From positions 1-64,000 of the forward strand of contig CAVQRZ010000022.1 in the NCBI GenBank assembly GCA_963715335.1: a stretch of 64,000 nt of DNA. Direction: 5' to 3'. The notes under the pieces are model-generated. The model saw only the letters and a program-made list of their open reading frames with translations, searched no databases and was not told the DNA's origin. The first letter of the stretch is position 1; every line of letters starts with the position of its first letter. The position numbers and the translations under genes are program-made. This document shows positions 56,429 through 64,000 of this stretch, one piece after another. The DNA comes from an uncultured delta proteobacterium (GTDB lineage Bacteria; Desulfobacterota; Desulfuromonadia; Desulfuromonadales; BM103).

Positions 56429-56914
56429 TTATTTTATTCCAACCTCCACGATTGTCGGTGCCAAGACGGCGATCACTGCGTGCGGTGACAGCTCGATCAG
56501 GAAGCCACGTTTGCCGCCGTTGATGTAGATGGTTTGAAGCTCCAGAATCGTTTTCTCCATGTAGACGGGCAATCCCTTGCGGGTGGCAAAGGGTGAGGTT
56601 CCGCCTACCTGATAGCCGGTATGCTTCTCGGCCGTGTCTGCGTCACAGGGGGAGATCGTCTTCGCGCCGATTGTTCTGGCCAGCGATTTGGTGGAGACTT
56701 CCTGATCGCCGTGCATCAGGACGAGCAGGGGCTTGCGGTGTTCATCTTCCATCACCAGGGTTTTTACGACAAGGTGTTCGTCAACCTGTAGTTCACGTGC
56801 TGAAACGGTTGTCCCGCCGCGTTCCTCGTAAGTATAAATACGCGGTGTATAATCGATTTTTGCCTGCTTGAGCATTCTCGTCGCAGGAGTTACTGGTGTT
56901 TTGTCTTTCCCCAT
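56429..56914 (-). CDS. ybaK: Cys-tRNA(Pro) deacylase YbaK
   Basis: TPATRML, VVKTLV, TGYQVGGTSPF, INGGKRG. Confidence 0.92.
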   Translation of the reverse strand: MGKDKTPVTPATRMLKQAKIDYTPRIYTYEERGGTTVSARELQVDEHLVVKTLVMEDEHRKPLLVLMHGDQEVSTKSLARTIGAKTISPCDADTAEKHTGYQVGGTSPFATRKGLPVYMEKTILELQTIYINGGKRGFLIELSPHAVIAVLAPTIVEVGIK

Positions 56915-56943
56915 TGCCTCATCCTGTCCAATTGACCCTTGGC

Positions 56944-57756
56944 CTAAAACCAGTTCCCCACCATCATCAAAAGGCTGATAACCGTCAACAGCGTGCAGAT
57001 CATGCCGAGACCATTGAAGAATGGCCGCATGACCTGTCGTCCGCGGATACCGATCGGCATGATCAGCCCGAGCAGTGCTCCGCCAACCGCACCACCGAGA
57101 TGGCCGGCGTTGTCTGCGCCGACCAGCAGGCCAAAGACAAAGGCAATCGCTGCCCAGCGCAACATGAAATTACGATAGTTATGCGCCATGGCGCCGCCGA
57201 CACGATGAAAGTAGGAAATTGCAAAACCGATCAGTCCAAACAGGGAGCCCGAAGCCCCGACGACGGTCACCCACTGCTTGATATAGAGGATCTGCCAGGC
57301 AAATCCGGCAACGGTGGCCGTGAGTGCCGTCAGGACGTAGAGGATGACGAACCGGACGGTACCGATCTCTTCTTCGATCATCGGCCCGATCTGGTACAGG
57401 ACCATCATATTGAAGCCCAGGTGAATCAGACCGCCATGGGCGAAGGCATAGGTGATACAGCGCCACCATTCACCTTCGGCCAGAACCAGCGGCCAGTACT
57501 GGGCTCCGGAGTGGATCAGCAGGTAACTGTTTGGACTGAAGAGGGTTGAAAAGCCCAATCCTCCAACTATGCCCTGTACAGTCATAATGCAGAAGAGCAC
57601 CAGGTTGGTAGCAAGAAGAATCTTGGTTGCTGACCAGTTGCCGCTGGTAACGTTTCCAGCACGAAGATTGTGCAGGTTGCGTTGCCACTTCATGATGCGC
57701 CACTGCCAACGTGTGCCGTTCATACCGAGGTGATCAAAAAAGCTCTTCCAGTCCAT
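56944..57756 (-). CDS. Rhomboid-family intramembrane serine protease
   Basis: EWWR, HGGLIHLGFNM, GASG, GHLGG. Confidence 0.93.
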   Translation of the reverse strand: MDWKSFFDHLGMNGTRWQWRIMKWQRNLHNLRAGNVTSGNWSATKILLATNLVLFCIMTVQGIVGGLGFSTLFSPNSYLLIHSGAQYWPLVLAEGEWWRCITYAFAHGGLIHLGFNMMVLYQIGPMIEEEIGTVRFVILYVLTALTATVAGFAWQILYIKQWVTVVGASGSLFGLIGFAISYFHRVGGAMAHNYRNFMLRWAAIAFVFGLLVGADNAGHLGGAVGGALLGLIMPIGIRGRQVMRPFFNGLGMICTLLTVISLLMMVGNWF

Positions 57757-57835
57757 GTATATCCTTATGCATCAGCCATGGCCGGCTTGATGTCTGTCAG
57801 CCCGGACGGCCCGGTCTGATGTTGCGCTGGTCATA

Positions 57836-58462
57836 TTATCTCTCGACGGTCACCAGTTTCAATGCCAGTCCGACAAAGACCGTTCCGGCGACCCAGTTCA
57901 TGATCTTCTGAGCACGCTCGTACCGGTTCAGCCAGTCACCCAGCGCACCACCGATTAATGCCACAGAGCCGAATACAAAGATCGTTGCCAAAATGAATAT
58001 GCCGCCGAGGGCGACCATTTGCAGGCTGATGGACCCACGTTGCGGGTCAGCGAATTGAGGCAGGAAAGCAAGAAAGAAGATGGAGACCTTCGGATTGGTG
58101 ACGTTCATGATGATTCCACGCCGATAAAGGCCGCCGAGACTTTTGGGCTGCCCGCGGTACATGCTGATTTTCTCCGGGGTTGCTCGAAACGCATGCCAGG
58201 CCAGGAAAACCAGGTAACCGGCTCCGATGAGTTTCAGCAGGGTGAAGGCGATGGCCGAGGCCTGAAAGATAACGGCAACTCCGAAAGCAACTGCGCCGGT
58301 ATGTGCCAGGAGTCCGGTGCACAGGCCGAAAACAACCGTGAGCCCGGAGAGTTTGCCATGCAGTGCGGACTGGGTCAGGACGAAAATGTTGTCCGGCCCC
58401 GGGGCAACGGCCAGTAATGTGGAAGCGATAAAGAACGCTGCGATGGTTTCAGTAGTGAGCAT
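57836..58462 (-). CDS. LysE/RhtB-family amino acid exporter
   Basis: APGPDN, KLIGAGYL, NVTNPKV..FFLAFLPQF. Confidence 0.93.
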   Translation of the reverse strand: MLTTETIAAFFIASTLLAVAPGPDNIFVLTQSALHGKLSGLTVVFGLCTGLLAHTGAVAFGVAVIFQASAIAFTLLKLIGAGYLVFLAWHAFRATPEKISMYRGQPKSLGGLYRRGIIMNVTNPKVSIFFLAFLPQFADPQRGSISLQMVALGGIFILATIFVFGSVALIGGALGDWLNRYERAQKIMNWVAGTVFVGLALKLVTVER

Positions 58463-58474
58463 GGTTTCTTCCTG

Positions 58475-59107
58475 TTATCCGCCGCTGGAACCCAAAACCT
58501 TAATGCCGAGTGTCACCATTGCAGCACCGAATGCTCTGTCTATCCAGTGTCCGGCTTTCAATAGTCGGCCGCGGACTATCTCTTTAGTCATTAAAAATGC
58601 CAGGGTTGTGAACCAGATCATCTGTAACAGCATAATCCAGCAACCATAGCTCGCCAGAGTCGGTAAGGGCATGTCGGGAGAGAGTACCACAGTAAAGAGT
58701 GAGAGAAAATAGATGGGTGCTTTCGGATTGAGCGCATTGCAGAAGAATCCGGTTACCACGTGGCGTAGCGGCGAGCCTTGACTCGAGATGTTTACAACAC
58801 TCTGGAAATCTTCGTTTTGCCGTTTTGCACGAAGCCCCTTGAGGCCAAGGAAGATCAGGTAGATTCCCCCGGCAATTTTTATGAGAGTCATCCACTCGGC
58901 AGAATGGGCAACGACAGCAGCCAAACCTGCGGTCGAGTAGAGGATGTGCACCGACAATCCGAGGGAGATGCCAAGACTGGTCCATATCCCGGCTTTGCGA
59001 CCATGCAGGAGTGATTGCCTTGTCACCAGGGCAAAGTCGGGTCCCGGGGAAGCGGCCGCAAGTAAGTGGACGACCGTGACGATAATGAAACCTTGCCAGA
59101 AATCCAT
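58475..59107 (-). CDS. LysE/RhtC-family amino acid exporter
   Basis: ASPGPDF, KIAGGIYL, NALNPKA..YFLSLF. Confidence 0.93.
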   Translation of the reverse strand: MDFWQGFIIVTVVHLLAAASPGPDFALVTRQSLLHGRKAGIWTSLGISLGLSVHILYSTAGLAAVVAHSAEWMTLIKIAGGIYLIFLGLKGLRAKRQNEDFQSVVNISSQGSPLRHVVTGFFCNALNPKAPIYFLSLFTVVLSPDMPLPTLASYGCWIMLLQMIWFTTLAFLMTKEIVRGRLLKAGHWIDRAFGAAMVTLGIKVLGSSGG

Positions 59108-59255
59108 GGATTTTTTCGAATCCTGTCAAGCGGGGCTTCGGCAGCTGCCCGAGGGTGATCGAGCAAGCATCTGCTCCGGCAAAGAGTTGCCTGGACCCTT
59201 GTTGGTAGACTGCCTGGAAACGTCAGGAGCCAGGCGGTCCGGCAAATTGGCAATT

Positions 59256-59284
59256 ATCATAACGCCGTATGACTGTGCATGCAA
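59256..59284 (-). promoter_or_regulatory. Putative sigma70 promoter of the LysE pair
   Basis: TTGCAT-N17-TATGAT on the minus strand. Confidence 0.6.
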
Positions 59285-59472
59285 GCCTCGAGAATTACAG
59301 GTAATTGGGTTTAAAATTAGCTCTTGCCACAATTATTATCCGCACCGTCACAAAGATCCGGGCACTCTTCGTCGATATGAAAAAGGCTGGGGAAGAGATT
59401 AATTCTTGAATATGATTTGCGAAATCCGGGTAGGTTGTCTAACATTGTAAATCCAAGGTATGCGGGAGCGTT

Positions 59473-61188
59473 ATGTTCAGGTTTTTTCTTACATCGGTGA
59501 TCCTCTTTGTCCTCATGGGAAGTTCGGCCAGCGCCGGACAGGTTTCCGGGGTGGTCACCCTGTTCAACCAGGAGACCAGCGAGCATATCGAACGCCTGCT
59601 GAGCAGTCGCAATCCCGGAGTCTCTCCGATAACCGGGGTTTCCAGACTGCTTTCACACGATCAGATCTTCAAACTCTATCAAGACCGGGAATTTTCACCG
59701 CTATGGCTCGACGGGTGGCAATTGAAGCCGGGCTCTTCGGTTCTGCTGACCAACCTGCGGGATGCGGGGGCGCATGGTCTCTGTGGTGATGATTATCTGC
59801 TTGTACAGCTGGAGGGGCTGATTCGCCTGCAGGAAGATTTCGCGCATAATAACCTGCCTCTGGCCCCACGGAATCGTGCAGTCCTGGACCTCTTCCTGTC
59901 ACAGGCTTTCCTGACTTTTGCCACTCATCTGGTTGAAGGCCAGGTCGATCCGAACCTGGCATATGTCGACTGGCGCGCCAGGCAGCGTAAGGTCGATCTG
60001 GTCAAGCTTCTTGAATATGCTCTCGATAACGGCAGAATGCAACAGGTCCTGGAAGGGTTGTATCCACCACATGAAGAGTATCGAGCCCTGGTCAGGGCTT
60101 TGGTCAGGTACCAGGAACTTTCGGCGTTGGGCGGCTGGCCGGCGATTCCCTCTGGCCCGGCCATGCGTCCTGGTGACAGGGATCGCAGGGTCCGGCAGTT
60201 AAGAGTCCTGTTGCAGGTGACCGGAGATCTGGTTGTCACCGGTGAAACAGGTGACCGGTACGATCAGGAAACCGTTGGCGCGGTCATGAAATTCCAGGCC
60301 CGCCATGGTTTGGTCGATGATGGCGTGGTGGGTTCGAATACCCTCGTGGCGTTGAACATCCCGGTAGACCAACGCGTCCGTCAGATCGAATTGAACCTTG
60401 AACGTTGGCGCTGGATGCCGAAGAGCTTCGGCAAACGGCATATTCGCATAAATGTCGCTGATTTCAAGCTGACCGTTATTGATAATGGCGAAACCGTTAT
60501 GCAGATGCCGGTGATCGTCGGTACACAATATCGCAAGACCCCGGTTTTTTCCGCCCAGATGACCTACCTTGAATTTGCTCCTTACTGGACCGTCCCGCTA
60601 ACTATTCTCAGGGAAGATAAGCTCCCGATGATCAAGCGGAATCCAAACTACCTTGCAGAAAACCATTTCCGGATTGTCGCCGGTGGTGAAGATGCATTCA
60701 TCGACCCTGCAGGAATTGCCTGGCAGAACGTCAGAGCCGAGAACTTTCCAGGTCAGTTGAGAATGGACCCCGGGCCATGGAACCCGCTGGGTCGTGTCAA
60801 GTTCATGTTCCCCAACCGCTTTGATGTGTATCTGCACGATACAAACCAGTCATCGCTGTTTGACAACAATGTCAGGTCGTTCAGCTCAGGCTGCATCCGG
60901 ATTGGCAGGCCCGATGCCCTGGCCCACTACCTGTTGGCAGAAGAGCTGGGTGCGGAGAAGCTGGACGAGCTGTTATCGGCGACCGAACCGGTGCAGGTTC
61001 CCATCAAACCCGTGCCGGTCCATATCCAGTACTGGACGGCGTGGGTGGACCAGGGGGGCTTTGTCAATTTTCGCCCGGACGTCTATTTTCGAGACCTCGA
61101 CCTGGAAGTGGCTTTAAAGAACCCGGCATACCGGGTCATGGAACAGCTGCAGGCGGGAGCTGGCAAGCGGCTGGCTATGCTTGACTGA
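59473..61188 (+). CDS. Murein L,D-transpeptidase (YcbB/LdtD-like) with peptidoglycan-binding domain
   Basis: FQARHGLVDDGVVG, NLERWRW, PGPWNPLGRVKFMFPN, YLHDT..FSSGCIR. Confidence 0.93.
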   Translation: MFRFFLTSVILFVLMGSSASAGQVSGVVTLFNQETSEHIERLLSSRNPGVSPITGVSRLLSHDQIFKLYQDREFSPLWLDGWQLKPGSSVLLTNLRDAGAHGLCGDDYLLVQLEGLIRLQEDFAHNNLPLAPRNRAVLDLFLSQAFLTFATHLVEGQVDPNLAYVDWRARQRKVDLVKLLEYALDNGRMQQVLEGLYPPHEEYRALVRALVRYQELSALGGWPAIPSGPAMRPGDRDRRVRQLRVLLQVTGDLVVTGETGDRYDQETVGAVMKFQARHGLVDDGVVGSNTLVALNIPVDQRVRQIELNLERWRWMPKSFGKRHIRINVADFKLTVIDNGETVMQMPVIVGTQYRKTPVFSAQMTYLEFAPYWTVPLTILREDKLPMIKRNPNYLAENHFRIVAGGEDAFIDPAGIAWQNVRAENFPGQLRMDPGPWNPLGRVKFMFPNRFDVYLHDTNQSSLFDNNVRSFSSGCIRIGRPDALAHYLLAEELGAEKLDELLSATEPVQVPIKPVPVHIQYWTAWVDQGGFVNFRPDVYFRDLDLEVALKNPAYRVMEQLQAGAGKRLAMLD

Positions 61189-61211
61189 GCAAGGGGAGGA
61201 AAACGGCCGGT

Positions 61212-62387
61212 CTAAAATAGGTCCTTGATCCAGCCGAAGGCGACCAGGGTGCCGACGGCGGAGCCGAGTGATGAGAAGAAGAATACCAGCAGGACCCTGG
61301 TCAGGCGGTTGCGCCACCAGCCGCTGATACCGGCGATATCTTCCGAAACGTTTTCCAGGTCCCTGACTTTCGGGGGAGCCATGAAAGCCTGGACTATACC
61401 GGTAACGAACCCGGCCCCGATGGTTGGGTTGAGCGAAGTGATGGGCGCTGCGACAAAGGCGGCAAGAATCGTCAACGGATGCCCCAGGGCAACCAGGGCG
61501 CCCAGCGCTGAAAGGCCGCCGTTGGCAAGGACCCAGGCAACGGCAGCGCTGGCCAGCTGTTCAGTATTGCCGACCATGAAGCCGTAGATAAAAAGGCCTA
61601 CCACGATAGCTGGTATCAGCCACGGCAGTAGCTTGGAGAAGGTTGTTTTTTCGGGAATGATTGACAATTCGCTGATTTCCTCAGCGGTAATCTCCTGTCC
61701 CAGTTTTTTCAGAATCCCTGGCATGTGCGCTGCGCCGACGATGGCGACCACTTTGTTCCCCGGCGATTGGCGGATGCGGTGGGCCATGAAGGTATCTCGC
61801 TCATCGACCAGAATCGTTTTGACGGTCGGCAGGATATCTGACATCTCATCGAGCATGGCCGACAGAGTGTCGGTCTGACGCAGTTTGGCCAGTTCCTCCT
61901 CGTTGAGCTCCTGGGTGTCGAAAAGGCTCGCCAGCAAGGTCGAGAAGAGATTCATTTTTTTCCAGAAGCCGGCCCTGCGCCAGGCACGTAGCAGGGTTGT
62001 GCGGATCTCCCGGTCGACCAGCTGGATGTCGAGGCCCATCTCATCAGCGGTTTCCGCAGCGATAGCCAATTCGGCACCGGGTTTGACGCCGGTCTGCAGA
62101 CCCATTCGCTTCTGGAACGATGCGAGGGTCAGGTTGGCCAGAAGGAAAGGGGCCTGCCCCTGCCTGAGGACCTGGACCAGATTGAGTGACTCCCAGTGGC
62201 GGGGATTGCGTAAAGCCCGGTGACGCTGTTCGTCAAGTTCAATGCATACGGTGTCCGGTTGCTCCTCCCGGATGACTGCTTTGACAGTATCGACTGAATC
62301 CTGGGAAATATGAGCTGTGCCAACCAGCACGAATTCGCGGTCGTCAAGCGTGATGCGATGTATGTCGGTATTCTCGTGAGTACTCAT
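61212..62387 (-). CDS. TraB/PrgY/GumN-family protein with C-terminal TM helices
   Basis: LVGTAHIS, CIELD..R, PGAEL, LVDERD, IVGAAH, APITSLNP. Confidence 0.9.
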   Translation of the reverse strand: MSTHENTDIHRITLDDREFVLVGTAHISQDSVDTVKAVIREEQPDTVCIELDEQRHRALRNPRHWESLNLVQVLRQGQAPFLLANLTLASFQKRMGLQTGVKPGAELAIAAETADEMGLDIQLVDREIRTTLLRAWRRAGFWKKMNLFSTLLASLFDTQELNEEELAKLRQTDTLSAMLDEMSDILPTVKTILVDERDTFMAHRIRQSPGNKVVAIVGAAHMPGILKKLGQEITAEEISELSIIPEKTTFSKLLPWLIPAIVVGLFIYGFMVGNTEQLASAAVAWVLANGGLSALGALVALGHPLTILAAFVAAPITSLNPTIGAGFVTGIVQAFMAPPKVRDLENVSEDIAGISGWWRNRLTRVLLVFFFSSLGSAVGTLVAFGWIKDLF

Positions 62388-62506
62388 GAGCCTCTGCCTG
62401 AAAATTCGGGCAAAGATAGCACAGGATCAGATGAAGAAGAAGAGAATTGCTCGCCAGATGCTTTTTGACGGGGGTGGGACAATCTCCTGAGGGTCCGCAC
62501 AGTAAC

Positions 62507-62535
62507 AAAAAGACGCCGGATAATCCGACGTCTTT
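62507..62535 (-). terminator. Terminator of the 6S-like RNA
   Basis: AAAGACGTCGGA-tta-TCCGGCGTCTTTTT on the minus strand. Confidence 0.8.
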
Positions 62536-62716
62536 GACTCTCCACACCTACCGTGGGTCCGTGGCCTCACGACGACGGCCAACAAAGTGGGTAGGACTAT
62601 GAACGCTTCAGGCGTCCTGCTCCGCGACAGGCTTGCACACCACGTTCGCAAGTAACCTTCCCGATCAGATAATATTCCGCGTGGGCATAGCGACCTCACC
62701 TGCAGGGCAGAGAGTT
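62536..62716 (-). ncRNA. ssrS: 6S RNA-like (~180 nt)
   Basis: Ends pair (ACTCTC/GAGAGT, CCTGC/GTAGG, GGTC/GACC); apical GTGTGCAAGCCTG..CAGGACGCCTGAAG resembles the 6S apical stem; own promoter and terminator. Confidence 0.75.
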
Positions 62717-62740
62717 GAAACGGTGACTTGATGCAGCCCC

Positions 62741-62769
62741 AGTATAAGGAAAATGTCACGGTATTTCAA
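62741..62769 (-). promoter_or_regulatory. Sigma70 promoter of the 6S-like RNA
   Basis: TTGAAA-N17-TATACT on the minus strand. Confidence 0.72.
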
Positions 62770-62907
62770 GGATAAAGCCGGTCTGAGCCGAAGATATTCT
62801 GCCTAAAAAGCCGGCAGGACATGCACAAAATAGAGCAATCAGCCGTGGTTGAAAAATAATGGTTTACAAAACCCCTGTTATTCCATGGCTTTCTGGCATG
62901 GCGAGGA

Positions 62908-62922
62908 TGGCACGGCTTGTGC
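62908..62922 (+). promoter_or_regulatory. Putative sigma54 promoter of the sensor kinase
   Basis: TGGCACGGCTTGTGC (GG-N10-GC); very close to the first ATG, so the real start may be ATG 62939 or later. Confidence 0.5.
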
Positions 62923-62929
62923 GTTATCA

Positions 62930-64000
62930 ATGGCTAAGATGATCGCCGCAAGTTTGCCAAATATATCTGAACAGAAGTCCGAACGCTTGTTGAATGCCCT
63001 GATCGAGATCGGCCAGGAACTTGCTTCGACAACCGATCTCCAGGAGCTACTTGATACATTGCTCAGGGTGGCGCGTGATGTCTTTCGTTTCGAGAACGCA
63101 ATTATCCGCCTTCTGGACGACGATGGTCTGCACCTGCTAGCGGCTACCGCTTACGGTTATACCGAGGATGCCATGGGTCCGATCCGGATTGGCCAGGGCG
63201 TGATGGGGAGGACAGCAGAAATACAGAGGCCGATCCTTGTTGAAGATGTCCGCAAGCTCCCTGACTATGTCCCGGGGATTCCCGGTGCCCGGTGTGAACT
63301 GGCCGTCCCGTTGATCAGCAAGAACAGGCTGGTCGGTGTCCTTAACATGGAGAGTCCCCAGCCCGGTGCGTTTTCCCACGCAGACATCGAACCTTTGATG
63401 ATTCTTGGCCGCCAGGCCGCGATCGCCATCGACAACGCGAAACTCTATGGGCGACTGACGAAGATGTCGGAGAGCTATCGCCAGTTGTACCAGTTCAGCG
63501 ACCGGATTCTGAAGAGTGTCAACCTGGGAGTTTACACCGTCGATACGGAAAAGATGATTACGTCCTGGAACAGCAAAATGGCAGAGATGAGCGGTATATC
63601 TACTGAACAGGCGATTGGCGCTCGTTTGGAGGAACTCTTTCCCAATCTGGTTGAAGAGGGTGTCATCGAAAGGATTGACCGGGTTCTGAAGAGTGGCAAA
63701 AAGGAAAAACTGCGACTCCTGCACCGACAGTTGGATGGCGCGGGCCGTTTTCAGAAACGCCGGCTTGCGCCATTGCGTGACGGTGACGATGTGACTGGCG
63801 TGGTCATCATCGTCGAGGATATTACCGAATTCAAGCGATTGCTTGATCAGACCATACAGAATGAAAAGTTGGCCGAGGTCGGCAGGCTTTCTGCCGGGAT
63901 TGCTCACGAGATCAATAACCCGCTGGCCATGGTCGCCTACGCAACGGAACTGCTCAAGCGTGAAAAGCCTCTCACCGGCTTCCAGGAAGAAATGCTCGAC
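62930..64000 (+). CDS. GAF-PAS sensor histidine kinase (runs off the window edge)
   Basis: Absent from the ORF track. Manual translation shows GAF (GQGVMG..ELAVPL..VGVLNMES..AAIAIDNAKLY), PAS (ITSWNSKM) and H-box EKLAEVGRLSAGIAHEINNPL. Confidence 0.92.
   Translation, partial: MAKMIAASLPNISEQKSERLLNALIEIGQELASTTDLQELLDTLLRVARDVFRFENAIIRLLDDDGLHLLAATAYGYTEDAMGPIRIGQGVMGRTAEIQRPILVEDVRKLPDYVPGIPGARCELAVPLISKNRLVGVLNMESPQPGAFSHADIEPLMILGRQAAIAIDNAKLYGRLTKMSESYRQLYQFSDRILKSVNLGVYTVDTEKMITSWNSKMAEMSGISTEQAIGARLEELFPNLVEEGVIERIDRVLKSGKKEKLRLLHRQLDGAGRFQKRRLAPLRDGDDVTGVVIIVEDITEFKRLLDQTIQNEKLAEVGRLSAGIAHEINNPLAMVAYATELLKREKPLTGFQEEMLD

Noticed and set aside
59126..59260. 44-aa leader peptide before the LysE genes
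   Set aside because: Its ATG overlaps the predicted -10 box, there is no RBS and no run of regulatory codons; an RNA-structure explanation is preferred
61212..62387. traB as evidence of a conjugative element
   Set aside because: TraB/PrgY/GumN-family genes are common chromosomal genes; no relaxase, T4SS or integrase nearby
62344..62759. Short ORFs of 67 and 110 aa
   Set aside because: They overlap the 6S-like RNA, its promoter and terminator; no protein features
63137..63907. 256-aa minus-strand ORF
   Set aside because: Antisense shadow of the GAF-PAS histidine kinase

Overview
This 64-kb window is a mostly core chromosomal segment of a GC-rich anaerobic bacterium. Its gene content (multiheme cytochromes, a porin-cytochrome conduit, a nadC-birA-coaX-EF-G2 block, sigma54-type sites, heptamer microsatellites) points to Desulfuromonadales, which is an inference. 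In order it carries: the 5' part of a type II secretion locus (exeA, exeB, gspC, gspD); RNase E; a divergent acyl-CoA dehydrogenase / ETF:quinone oxidoreductase / ETF operon; REC-PilZ, ABC-F and ParA-like genes; mscS and a MotB/OmpA lipoprotein; a cofactor and EF-G-paralogue operon; a ZIP transporter; a solitary octaheme HAO-family cytochrome; an HMA-SurA / DUF2318 / MacB-type ABC / zinc-ribbon operon; Lrp and ald; a porin + pentaheme + ~25-heme cytochrome operon; an AT-rich accessory patch with outer-membrane barrels and a chimeric pseudogene; signalling, chaperone and transport genes; a 6S-like RNA with its own promoter and terminator; and a truncated GAF-PAS histidine kinase. No rRNA, tRNA, CRISPR array, integrase or transposase was recognised. 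The best candidates for undescribed biology are the structured leader RNA ahead of two LysE exporters, the stand-alone 6S-like RNA, the repeat-expanded ~25-heme conduit cytochrome, the non-canonical ETF/ACAD system, and the HMA/DUF2318/ABC metal operon. All calls come from reading motifs by eye; no database searches were run.
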